The notes under the pieces are model-generated. The model was not told the origin of the DNA, searched no databases, and saw nothing but the letters and a program-made list of their open reading frames with translations. A program made the position numbers and the translations under genes. A stretch of DNA of 64,000 nt from an archaeon (GTDB lineage Archaea > Iainarchaeota > Iainarchaeia > Iainarchaeales > Iainarchaeaceae): contig DATDWP010000021.1 of NCBI GenBank assembly GCA_035289625.1, forward strand, positions 16,053 through 80,052, written 5' to 3'. Positions within the stretch are counted from its first letter, which is position 1; each line of letters opens with the position of its first letter. This document shows, piece after piece, positions 20,009 through 28,696 of this stretch.

Positions 20009-20596
20009 ATGAACGGAACATTTTTCTTTTCCGGAAAAGAATTCCCGTGCCCCCAGAACGTCTACTGCCCCTCAGACGACTCATACTTTCTTGCAGAGCA
20101 TGTAAAAGTAAAACCCGGACAGAGCGTAATTGATCTTGGATGCGGCAGCGGAATACAAACCCTAAATGCCCTCCTTGCGCAAAACGCTTCACACGTACTT
20201 GCACTTGATATCAATAAAGATGCACTTAGTGCAACTCTTCAAAACTGCAAAATAGCAGGAGTGGAAGCAAAAGTGCAAACGCGCGAATCTGATTTATTTT
20301 CAAACTGCGAGCAAAAAGCAGATGTGATAATATTCAATCCGCCATATGTTGCAACGGAGCAAGTGAAATACAAAGACCTCGACGGCGGGAAAAGAGGCAG
20401 GGAAGTTCTTGACAAATTCCTTGAGCAATTTCCATTGCACCTAAACAAAAACGGAAAGTGCTTCTTTTTGCAAACCGATATTAACGGATATAAAAAAACC
20501 GAAAAAATCCTAACGCAAAAAGGCATCAAATTTGAAATCCTTGCAAAAAAAAGAATTTTTTTCGAAGAACTTGCGATCTGTTGCTGCCGGATGTAA
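20009..20596 (+). CDS. HemK/PrmC-family (archaeal Mtq2-like) SAM-dependent methyltransferase
   Basis: Motif I VIDLGCGSGIQ and motif IV IIFNPPYV. 195 aa. The start ATG overlaps the upstream stop (TGAATG). Confidence 0.7.
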   Translation: MNGTFFFSGKEFPCPQNVYCPSDDSYFLAEHVKVKPGQSVIDLGCGSGIQTLNALLAQNASHVLALDINKDALSATLQNCKIAGVEAKVQTRESDLFSNCEQKADVIIFNPPYVATEQVKYKDLDGGKRGREVLDKFLEQFPLHLNKNGKCFFLQTDINGYKKTEKILTQKGIKFEILAKKRIFFEELAICCCRM

Positions 20597-20638
20597 AATA
20601 AAACTAACTACACGCCACAAAAATACTCGACAATCAAA

Positions 20639-21505
20639 CTAATGCGCCCACTTACCGGCGTGTGTTAAATCATCGTCCGAATCGTGCTCTGCGTCACCAT
20701 CTTCTTTTTCTACCCTTGATTTGTAGAAATAAACCAGCACGCAAAGAATTATCGCGCCAATAATCAAAAACACATACAAATCCTTATTGCCCACTTCAAC
20801 TTCAAACCCCTTCTCAATAACATGAGTCCCTTGCGCATCATCAAAAAATACCCTCAAAACAATTGGTGTCCTCCCAGTCTGCTCGCCAATAGTAAAAAAA
20901 ATGTTTCCAGAGACTTTTTCAGATGGAGCTAGTGAAGCTTTTTCAAATGCATCCCCCTGAACAATATAGCCTTGAGAAGAGAAGAGCTCTGCACTAATAT
21001 TTGAAATTTCTTGGCCTGAAATATTTGAAATATCAAAAGAAAAAGAACCCTCTTCTTCTGGCTTTAATGATTTATTTGAAAGATTTGCAGAAATTTCAAG
21101 CGGGCTTTTTTTGGAATGCAGAGGCAAAGAGAAATTCTGATCCTGCCCAAATTGTGCCCACACAGAGCCTGCATTTTGAGTTTCTGAAAGGGCTTTTATT
21201 TCAAAAACCCTCTCCTGCGCAAAATTTGGGGAGAGGACAAGGAAAGTGTAATAGAGTTCATCTCGGGGTTCACCTTTTAAAATCAGCGAAAACTCATCTG
21301 AAGATTTTACAACAATCTGCACATTATCCAAATCTGAAAGAGAGGAATTGAGCGCCCTTATCTTGTAATATCTCACCTCATCGACATAAAAAGGCGAATT
21401 TGAATCTTCAAGAGGGAATAGTGTAACGGAGAGATCTGCTAGCGCAAAACTTAAAAAAAGCAAAACAAAAGAGAGGGCCCAAATTAACCTAGGCATAAAG
21501 GTCAA
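20639..21505 (-). CDS. Type I membrane / surface protein with large extracellular domain; hypothetical
   Basis: N-terminal signal peptide, C-terminal TM (LYVFLIIGAIILCVLVYFY) and an acidic cytoplasmic tail EDGDAEHDSDDD. 288 aa. Confidence 0.5.
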   Translation of the reverse strand: MTFMPRLIWALSFVLLFLSFALADLSVTLFPLEDSNSPFYVDEVRYYKIRALNSSLSDLDNVQIVVKSSDEFSLILKGEPRDELYYTFLVLSPNFAQERVFEIKALSETQNAGSVWAQFGQDQNFSLPLHSKKSPLEISANLSNKSLKPEEEGSFSFDISNISGQEISNISAELFSSQGYIVQGDAFEKASLAPSEKVSGNIFFTIGEQTGRTPIVLRVFFDDAQGTHVIEKGFEVEVGNKDLYVFLIIGAIILCVLVYFYKSRVEKEDGDAEHDSDDDLTHAGKWAH

Positions 21506-22793
21506 CTTCCTGAGTAGGCTCTTTTGAAATAATCCCTTTTATTTTACCCCTGTTGTTGAAAATATAGAGGAGCACGAGAATTGCAACAAGCCCTGCCGCT
21601 ATTTGGAATAAAAGCTGCTGCGAAATGCCTTCAGATGGCGCTATCTGCTTTGCACCCTTCTTGTATACAGCAAGAGCATCATCTAGAGCCTGCGCCGCAA
21701 ACTTTTCAGATTGCCCAAAATTGCGCTCATCATAAAATTTAATTGCGCGAGCATAATTTTGCTCAAGTTCGCGCACCTTTGATTGGTCCTGCCAATCCCC
21801 GCGGTTCTCTTGAGATAAAATATAATTTTTTGCTTCCGTGAGGGTTAGAAAATCCGTGTCCTTTTTTATTTTCTCATTTTCAGAATAGATCAAATTATAT
21901 GCATCATTTTTTTGCACCCTATTGTCAAATTCAGAAAGAACAGCATCCATTCTAAGCGAACTTGCCTGCACTGTAGAAGTTAGAGAGCCTTGCAACTGGG
22001 TTGAATATAAATTATAGTTTCGCAAAGCCTGCAAGCCTTGCGGGATTTCTAGTATTGAAAAAAGCTGCGATTTTGTCTGGGTGTCAAGATCTGCTACTGA
22101 GATCTGCTGCTTCAATTTGTCAAGGTTGCTTTTATATAAAATTCCTTTTGAATTTAAAGAATCGATAGATTCAAAAATCGAATTAAATGATGAATCCATT
22201 TCCAAAAAAGCCTTGCCTGAAGGGGATGTTACAAATTCGCTTTCTGCAGCCCCTGCACCTGAAATTTTTGCTGCAATCGAAGAAGAATCAGATGACATAT
22301 CCCTTAGGGAATTTTTAAGAGATGCCATATCAACATCAATATCATTATCCTCTAAAGTGGATTGGACTGTATTTAGCTGGAAAATTTCATCACTAAGTTC
22401 AACCGAGAGTTCATTGAAAATTGCCTGGTATTTTTGGGTAAAAATCCAATCAGCCCCAGAATTTGAAGAAATAGAGGCCTTGAGAAGCTGGATCTCACGC
22501 AACTTGTCAGCGATTTCAAATAACTCCCTATTAACAGAGCGTGAAACTGAAAGCTCGCCGCTCTGCGCGTCAATTGCAAAATATGTAACAATTGTATTTC
22601 CTGCAGTAAGAGGTATTACCCAATACGAATTCTGCTCTTGAAGAATAGTTACATTTGGCGGAGTATATGTCTCGCCTTCGTAGAGGAAATGGTTTGAAGT
22701 TACAATATAATTTACAGCATCGCTTCCTGAAATTGCCACTACAAATAAAGATAGCGCAAGCGCAAAAAAGGCCACAAAAACCCAACTTTTCAT
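21489..22793 (-). CDS. Secreted / C-terminally anchored surface protein, coiled-coil rich; hypothetical
   Basis: Signal peptide MKSWVFVAFFALALSLFVVAISG and C-terminal TM LLFQIAAGLVAILVLLYIF. 434 aa. Overlaps the downstream gene by 17 nt. Confidence 0.5.
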   Translation of the reverse strand: MKSWVFVAFFALALSLFVVAISGSDAVNYIVTSNHFLYEGETYTPPNVTILQEQNSYWVIPLTAGNTIVTYFAIDAQSGELSVSRSVNRELFEIADKLREIQLLKASISSNSGADWIFTQKYQAIFNELSVELSDEIFQLNTVQSTLEDNDIDVDMASLKNSLRDMSSDSSSIAAKISGAGAAESEFVTSPSGKAFLEMDSSFNSIFESIDSLNSKGILYKSNLDKLKQQISVADLDTQTKSQLFSILEIPQGLQALRNYNLYSTQLQGSLTSTVQASSLRMDAVLSEFDNRVQKNDAYNLIYSENEKIKKDTDFLTLTEAKNYILSQENRGDWQDQSKVRELEQNYARAIKFYDERNFGQSEKFAAQALDDALAVYKKGAKQIAPSEGISQQLLFQIAAGLVAILVLLYIFNNRGKIKGIISKEPTQEVDLYA

Positions 22794-23073
22794 CTATTTA
22801 AAGAGGCTTTTTGAGAATAAAAAACTTGGCTCGGCCTTAAAAAGGCTACAAATTAAACAATCCCACCCCAATCCCCCGGCCCTTTGCCTGCTTAAACGCT
22901 GTTTGCCCAAAGGGGCGTACTATATGGGATTGTTTAAAAAGTATTTTCCAATAAACAAATGAACTAGATTGGGATATGCCCTTTTGAGTCGTCAAAGGGT
23001 AGGCCCCAGGGGTTTTTGAGCAGGGCCTCAGTTTTAGGGAGATATTAAATATTTCTACATATTCTAATTAGTA

Positions 23074-23622
23074 ATGGGATTTGATCTTCTAAAAGGGCTG
23101 CAAAACCTTCTTGATGCATTTGAAAAAGAAGACCCACCTGCCCTAAAAAGCCTTGGAAATGAACTCATAAGAAGGGCGTGCGCAAAAACTAATTATAACC
23201 TTGCAAATATTTCAGTAATAGCATACTCACTCTACAAAATCCTCTCAAAAGAGCATTTTGTAAAAAACCCAAAATGGCAAAAAGTTTCAGAGAGCATACG
23301 AACTGAAATAACAAGAGCAATAAAGGCGTGCCAAAAAGAAGACTATTCTGCGCTTAATATCCATCTTGGCCATGTAATACAAAATATTGAATCAATTGAT
23401 AGAGATCTTTCAAACTATGCACGCAACATTTTTGAAAAGGCCAAAATAAAACAAGCATCAACTGCCTATGCAATTGGACTTAGCTTAAATCAAGCCGCAT
23501 CAATAACAGGAGCCGATAGAAAAGAGCTGCAAAAATATATCGGAATAACAACAATCCATGATGAAATAAAGGAAACTGGAATTGAACAGCGCATGAAAAT
23601 TTTACGAGGAGTTCTCAAATGA
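23074..23622 (+). CDS. Hypothetical all-helical protein (182 aa), first gene of a coupled trio
   Basis: No recognisable motif. Its stop overlaps the next start (ATGA). Confidence 0.45.
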   Translation: MGFDLLKGLQNLLDAFEKEDPPALKSLGNELIRRACAKTNYNLANISVIAYSLYKILSKEHFVKNPKWQKVSESIRTEITRAIKACQKEDYSALNIHLGHVIQNIESIDRDLSNYARNIFEKAKIKQASTAYAIGLSLNQAASITGADRKELQKYIGITTIHDEIKETGIEQRMKILRGVLK

Positions 23623-24338
23623 AACAAGAGCCCTATAATGGAGCTGGAAATTCTCTGCCCACAAAAAAATTTATCCTAGACTCTAGCAGCATAATCACAA
23701 TATCCGATAACTGTTTTATAAAAGTCCTAAAACACCTTGCACAAAAGGAAAATATAACATTCATCATACCAGAATCGGTGTACAAAGAAAGCGTCCTAAC
23801 CCCGCTTAACATAAAAAGGTTTGAACTAAGCGCAATACGAATACAAGACGCTGTCACTGATGGATATATACAAGTTGCAAAAACAACAGAATCAGTAAAA
23901 GGAAAAATGCAACGAATCGAGGCAATAACCGACAGGCTGTGCAGCTTTGAAGGCAGCCCACTAAGAGTTGTGCACCGCGGGGAAACTGAAACCCTTGCAC
24001 TTCTAAAAGAATTGGGGGCCCAAATGCTTGTAATTGATGAAAGAACAACGCGCATGCTAATAGAAGAGCCGAGTAACATCATTAGGTTTTTACAAAAAAA
24101 ATACCCAGGCATAAATGTGAACAAACAAGCAATCAATGAATTTAGAAACGAATACGGGGACATAAAAGTTTGCCGCTCCGTTGAACTCATAGCACTAGCA
24201 CATGAAAACGGAACCCTTGAAAGGGAAATACACAAATCAAATAGATCGCTAGAAGCTTGCCTATATGCCGCAAAATTTGCAGGATGTGCTGTTTCATTTG
24301 ATGAAATTTCAAAATATATGAAAAGGGTGAAACAATGA
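23619..24338 (+). CDS. PIN-like nuclease-fold protein (tentative), 239 aa
   Basis: N-terminal acidic strand KFILDSSSIITISD, then IIPESVYKE, then GETETLALLKELGAQMLVIDERTTR, which resemble PIN motifs 1-3. 4-nt overlaps on both sides. Confidence 0.35.
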   Translation: MKQEPYNGAGNSLPTKKFILDSSSIITISDNCFIKVLKHLAQKENITFIIPESVYKESVLTPLNIKRFELSAIRIQDAVTDGYIQVAKTTESVKGKMQRIEAITDRLCSFEGSPLRVVHRGETETLALLKELGAQMLVIDERTTRMLIEEPSNIIRFLQKKYPGINVNKQAINEFRNEYGDIKVCRSVELIALAHENGTLEREIHKSNRSLEACLYAAKFAGCAVSFDEISKYMKRVKQ

Positions 24339-24787
24339 TAGAAAAGGCCCACTACAAGGACGCAACTGAAATTGCAAAAATAATTGCAAAAGAGTTCCCC
24401 TACAAAAACTATACCGAAAAAGGCCTTCTTGAAAGGCTCAATAGCGGCAAGGTTGCAATATTCAAAAAAACAATCGGAAACTCCATTGCCGGATTTGTCG
24501 AAGTTGAAATGAAAGGAAATTTTGGCATGATAAATGCAATTTCAGTAAAAGAAAAATACCGCAAAAAAGGATTTGGAAAAGAGCTGCTATCCCATGCAAT
24601 TTTTTTCCTCAAAGCAAGCGGAGTGCCTTTTGCTCGGCTTTTAGTAAAAGAGCAAAATAAAAACGCAAAAAACCTATACGTGCTACACGGCTTTTCCCTC
24701 TCAAAAATACACGATAGAAAAATAGAAGGATCAATTGTTGAAGTGTGGGAGAAGAATTTGCAAGAGGAAGAAGAGTACCTTAACTAA
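24335..24787 (+). CDS. GNAT-family N-acetyltransferase
   Basis: Acetyl-CoA binding motif NAISVKEKYRKKGFGKELLSHAI. 150 aa. Confidence 0.7.
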   Translation: MIEKAHYKDATEIAKIIAKEFPYKNYTEKGLLERLNSGKVAIFKKTIGNSIAGFVEVEMKGNFGMINAISVKEKYRKKGFGKELLSHAIFFLKASGVPFARLLVKEQNKNAKNLYVLHGFSLSKIHDRKIEGSIVEVWEKNLQEEEEYLN

Positions 24788-24907
24788 CGGAGCAGAGCAA
24801 AAACATCTTTAAAATATTGCAAACAACCCCTCGTTATGTGGCTAAAAACTACATAACCCTAACCTGGCCGAATCCCTCTTTTGAAAAATTAAAACCACGC
24901 AGCTCCG

Positions 24908-26416
24908 TCAGTACGCTTTTGCGAATAGTACGCGCCTTTTTGCATTTGTCCCCATGAAAATGCACTTTCCCGGAGATTGTTTTTGATCAAATGGGATGCA
25001 GCGCGAACTAACCCCATATTTTTCCTTTATTTTCATTTCATGGCCAGGGTCTTCGCAAAAATATGCAAGCACCATCTTTTTTTGTGAAATCCCTTTCTCA
25101 AATTCTTTGAGTGAATTTGCCTGCACAATATTTTCATCAAGGAACTTTTTTGCCTTTGAAAACATATCAGAGTGCATCTCTTCTAGGATTTGTGGAATCC
25201 TTTTCACAACATCTTTTTCTTTGACAAATTCCTTTTTCCCGCTATCCCTTCTAACAACTACAACATGCCCTTTTTCAATGTCCTTTGGCCCTATTTCGAT
25301 TCGCAAGGGAATCCCTTTCAATTCCCAATCATTGAATTTCCAACCAGTGCTATATTGCTCCCTATCATCTAAAATAGCCCTAAATTCTTGAAGTTTCTTT
25401 TCCATCTCTTTTGCCTTTTTGAGAACTTCTGTTTTTGTTTTTTCAAAAAGCACAGGAACAATTACCGCTTTATTTTTTGCAATGCGCGGCGGAAGAACTA
25501 ACCCTTTATCATCCCCGTGCACCATCACAATTGCGCCAAGCAACCTGGTGCTAAATCCCCAACTAGATTGCCAAGGCAGCTGCTCATTTTTTTTCTCATC
25601 CGTAAATTTTATACCAAAAGATTTTGCAAACCCCTGGCCCAAATTATGGGATGTTCCCATCTGCAAGGCCCTTCCATCCGGCATTAGCGCTTCAATTGTT
25701 GTAGTGTAAAGGGCACCTGCAAATTTTTCCGCTTCGGTTTTCTGCCCAGAAATTACAGGGATTGCAAGAAGCCCTTCAATCATCTTCTTGTACTCATCTA
25801 AAAACATCCGAACTTCCTTATCGCATTCCTCTTTAGTGGTGTATACACAATGGCCTTCCTGCCACAAAAACTCGCGCGTGCGCAAAAAAAGCTTTGTCTG
25901 CTTGACTTCCCACCTCAACACATTGCACCACTGATTTATGCGAAGCGGCAGATCGCGCCACGAGCGCACCCATTTTGAAAAAGAATCATAAATAATTGTT
26001 TCCGAGGTCGGGCGTATTGCCACTTTTTCTTCATCTTTATCATCGGAAGCAACCCAGGCAAGTTCGGGGGCAAATCCTTTTGCGTGCTCGGCTTCCTTTT
26101 CAAAAAAGCTCTTCGGGATAAGGAGCGGAAAGTAGGCATTCTGCACTCCGTGGCTTTCAATCACACGGTTAAAATAGCTCTGAATTGCTTCCCAAATTGC
26201 ATAACCGTTTGGCCGGATTACCATAAAGCCGCGCGTTGGGGCATAATCCGCTAGATTTGCCTTGAGCACTACCTGATTGTACCATTCGACAAAATCCGCG
26301 TCCTTTTTTACGGTAATTCCCAAAAGGTTCTCATCGGCCACAAAATCACTTAAATAGTAAAATATAGAGGAAATAAAAGGGTTTGGACTGATTTGCCTAT
26401 CGCTATTTCCTTGCAA
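24908..26416 (-). CDS. proS: Prolyl-tRNA synthetase, archaeal/eukaryotic-type class II
   Basis: 502 aa. Class II core motifs and a C-terminal Zn-binding-like domain with Cys/His. Architecture typical of archaeal ProRS. Confidence 0.8.
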   Translation of the reverse strand: MQGNSDRQISPNPFISSIFYYLSDFVADENLLGITVKKDADFVEWYNQVVLKANLADYAPTRGFMVIRPNGYAIWEAIQSYFNRVIESHGVQNAYFPLLIPKSFFEKEAEHAKGFAPELAWVASDDKDEEKVAIRPTSETIIYDSFSKWVRSWRDLPLRINQWCNVLRWEVKQTKLFLRTREFLWQEGHCVYTTKEECDKEVRMFLDEYKKMIEGLLAIPVISGQKTEAEKFAGALYTTTIEALMPDGRALQMGTSHNLGQGFAKSFGIKFTDEKKNEQLPWQSSWGFSTRLLGAIVMVHGDDKGLVLPPRIAKNKAVIVPVLFEKTKTEVLKKAKEMEKKLQEFRAILDDREQYSTGWKFNDWELKGIPLRIEIGPKDIEKGHVVVVRRDSGKKEFVKEKDVVKRIPQILEEMHSDMFSKAKKFLDENIVQANSLKEFEKGISQKKMVLAYFCEDPGHEMKIKEKYGVSSRCIPFDQKQSPGKCIFMGTNAKRRVLFAKAY

Positions 26417-27266
26417 AGTTAGCTAGTATCTTCTCCCTGTATGCACTTGCTGCCTGCGGGTTTTTCATACAAGTGAATTGTATGTCGCATTTTATATCCA
26501 TTATATCATTGAGTGATTTTAGTTCAGAACTGAGAAATGAATCGCGTTTTTTGAAAAAATCCCGTAGTTTTCTGACTATATTTTCAGGATAATTGACCTG
26601 TATTATGTGATCCCCGATAACATTGACATCGACATTGGATGGGTAAATGGCCGATTTTGCCTTCCCTACCTTTCCTCCAATTGAGCGGTAATTTGAAATG
26701 GCAACATCATTTATCGGAAAGCCTGCAGGACACACAAAAGTTGACTTGATGCCCTTGTTTATAATAGATTTCCAGAGCGTCATTTCATTCCCATAATTTA
26801 TCTGAAACCACCAATGAATATTATTGTAAGAAATGCATGATTTTGGCTCATCTTTGCCTATATTTTCTGCACAGTATAGCAGCATATCTGTCCAGAAATT
26901 ATCAAGTTCGAAAAGTGACTTTAACCTATATTGCCCATAATCACCTTCCAAAAATTCCCTTGCAAAAACTTTTGAATTTGCACGCGTATTATATGAGACC
27001 GAAAGAGAATCAAAAAATTTCTTAGAGTCAAAAATCCACTTCTTTGAAATTTCATACTCTTTGGATTCGTTCCTGAAAAGAACCCCTTCATCAACTAGCA
27101 TGGTTGCAGCTTTTCTTATCCCCTGAAACGAGACCCTTGAAGAAAATTTTTGGGCAATCTTCCTGTGCATATTTGCAAGCGAGAGCGGGTGCTCTTTTGA
27201 TAAAATCTGGACAAGCTGATTTTTCACAGTGTCTTTTTTTGAACTCTCCTGAAGATAATCCACCAT
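26403..27266 (-). CDS. Hypothetical protein, possible N-terminal winged-helix; overlaps proS start by 14 nt
   Basis: 287 aa. N-terminal LVQILSKEHPLSLANMHRKIAQKFSSRVSFQGIRKAATMLVDEGVL is wHTH-like. The remainder is unassigned. Confidence 0.35.
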   Translation of the reverse strand: MVDYLQESSKKDTVKNQLVQILSKEHPLSLANMHRKIAQKFSSRVSFQGIRKAATMLVDEGVLFRNESKEYEISKKWIFDSKKFFDSLSVSYNTRANSKVFAREFLEGDYGQYRLKSLFELDNFWTDMLLYCAENIGKDEPKSCISYNNIHWWFQINYGNEMTLWKSIINKGIKSTFVCPAGFPINDVAISNYRSIGGKVGKAKSAIYPSNVDVNVIGDHIIQVNYPENIVRKLRDFFKKRDSFLSSELKSLNDIMDIKCDIQFTCMKNPQAASAYREKILANFARK

Positions 27267-27379
27267 GCAACCAATTGGTTCAATTCATATTATTAAACCT
27301 TTTGGTTTAGTTACAGATCAACCAACTGCATAAATCCACCCAAAACCCCAAGTATTACATAAATAATAGGGGGAACAGG

Positions 27380-27715
27380 ATGGAAAATGAATTTGTCAAA
27401 GTACCGGGATGCAAAGAGACGGAAGTAAAAGAACTCTACCACGACAACCAAACGCAAATAAGTGTTGTACAAGTGGCAAGAGGGGGAGAAATACCGATGC
27501 ATTGCCATGATTGCGCCGCCACAATGATAATAACCAAAGGAAGCGCAAAAGCAATTGGAAAAGATTATAAGATTGTTAAAAATGGAGATATAGTTGTAAA
27601 AAAGCCCAAGGAAGCACACGGTTTTACTCAAATAAAAGAGCCATTTGAGTTCATTTCAGTTTCAGAGGGGAATGGAATAATGCACAATGGGGAATTTGAC
27701 ATAAAATACATTTAG
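27380..27715 (+). CDS. Cupin-domain protein
   Basis: 111 aa, His-containing cupin motifs (IPMHCHDCAATMII...EAHGF). Confidence 0.5.
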   Translation: MENEFVKVPGCKETEVKELYHDNQTQISVVQVARGGEIPMHCHDCAATMIITKGSAKAIGKDYKIVKNGDIVVKKPKEAHGFTQIKEPFEFISVSEGNGIMHNGEFDIKYI

Positions 27716-27746
27716 AGACACATGTCTCACTTTATGAGGCAAAAAC

Positions 27747-28115
27747 ATGATAATCGAAGCGCTCTACCAAGCACTAAACCTAAATATCGGCTGGTTCATA
27801 GAGCTCGCACTGGATAATTTGCTCTGGGTTTTCATATTCTTTGCAACCGCAAACATACTTGACGATAGCAAGACCCTAGTTGGCTCTATAATGTTGTTTT
27901 TGTTCTTTGTGTTTGATTTTTTTGCAGAACTTGGGTTTTCACAGGCAAGCGGATGGGTGTTTTTAGGGGCTGGATTTTTAGCGATTGTATATCTTTCAAG
28001 GATTGCAATTTCAATTTGGGTAGAATACACCCCTTCTTTGAAAAGACATATGCTAAAAATCCTCGCCGCCCACTGGCTTGCCGTCTATATTATCTACAAT
28101 CTATTCTTGGTGTGA
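27747..28115 (+). CDS. Small polytopic membrane protein, hypothetical
   Basis: 122 aa, 3-4 hydrophobic helices. Confidence 0.4.
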   Translation: MIIEALYQALNLNIGWFIELALDNLLWVFIFFATANILDDSKTLVGSIMLFLFFVFDFFAELGFSQASGWVFLGAGFLAIVYLSRIAISIWVEYTPSLKRHMLKILAAHWLAVYIIYNLFLV

Positions 28116-28117
28116 AA

Positions 28118-28297
28118 ATGGGAGCCGTCACAAGAGGAATGATTTCGATTGGAATTGGAGTATTTTTGTTTAGCATACTTCTTGTTCTGGCAGATAACGG
28201 AGTTAACTTTTTTGCGGCGGGGTTTTTTTCACTGGTCGGTTTTATTGCATTCACATTATGGATATTTGACTACATGACATACTTTCTTGCTACATGA
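28118..28297 (+). CDS. Small two-TM membrane protein, hypothetical
   Basis: 59 aa MGAVTRGMISIGIGVFLFSILLVLADNGVNFFAAGFFSLVGFIAFTLWIF... The start lies 3 nt after the upstream stop. Confidence 0.3.
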   Translation: MGAVTRGMISIGIGVFLFSILLVLADNGVNFFAAGFFSLVGFIAFTLWIFDYMTYFLAT

Positions 28298-28311
28298 ACA
28301 GAGGCGATTGA

Positions 28312-28680
28312 TTGAAAACTTGGAAAAATCTTGCACCTAATTTAGTTAGGCAGCGACTAATGATGGAAGGCACTACTGAAAAAATCGTAGAGCCAGAACA
28401 AATAAAATCGTACCTTGTAGAATTAGCTAAATTCACTAAAATGGAAATAATAAAAAGAGATTTACCAAATCCTATTGCCTACTCAGCACACGAATGTGGT
28501 TATGGCGGATGGATCCACTGGAAAACATCAGGAGCACACTTTTACAGCTACCCAACAAACCCCCCGCTTTTTACAGTAGACACTTACACTTGCAAACCCT
28601 TTTCCGTAAAAGCGGCAGTTGAATTTACAAAAAAATACTTCAATGCAATTGAACTTGTCTGGAAAGAAGTTGAAGTTTGA
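28312..28680 (+). CDS. Hypothetical protein (122 aa)
   Basis: No secure motif. A resemblance to pyruvoyl AdoMet decarboxylase was considered and rejected. Confidence 0.35.
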   Translation: MKTWKNLAPNLVRQRLMMEGTTEKIVEPEQIKSYLVELAKFTKMEIIKRDLPNPIAYSAHECGYGGWIHWKTSGAHFYSYPTNPPLFTVDTYTCKPFSVKAAVEFTKKYFNAIELVWKEVEV

Positions 28681-28696
28681 AGGAGACGATTGCGGG

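Noticed and set aside
28312-28680. Possible pyruvoyl-dependent S-adenosylmethionine decarboxylase (SpeH-like) call for the 122-aa ORF
   Set aside because: The expected ES-H self-cleavage motif context (…AESHISIHTWPE…) is not present; only a loose resemblance (YSAHECGY). Left as hypothetical.
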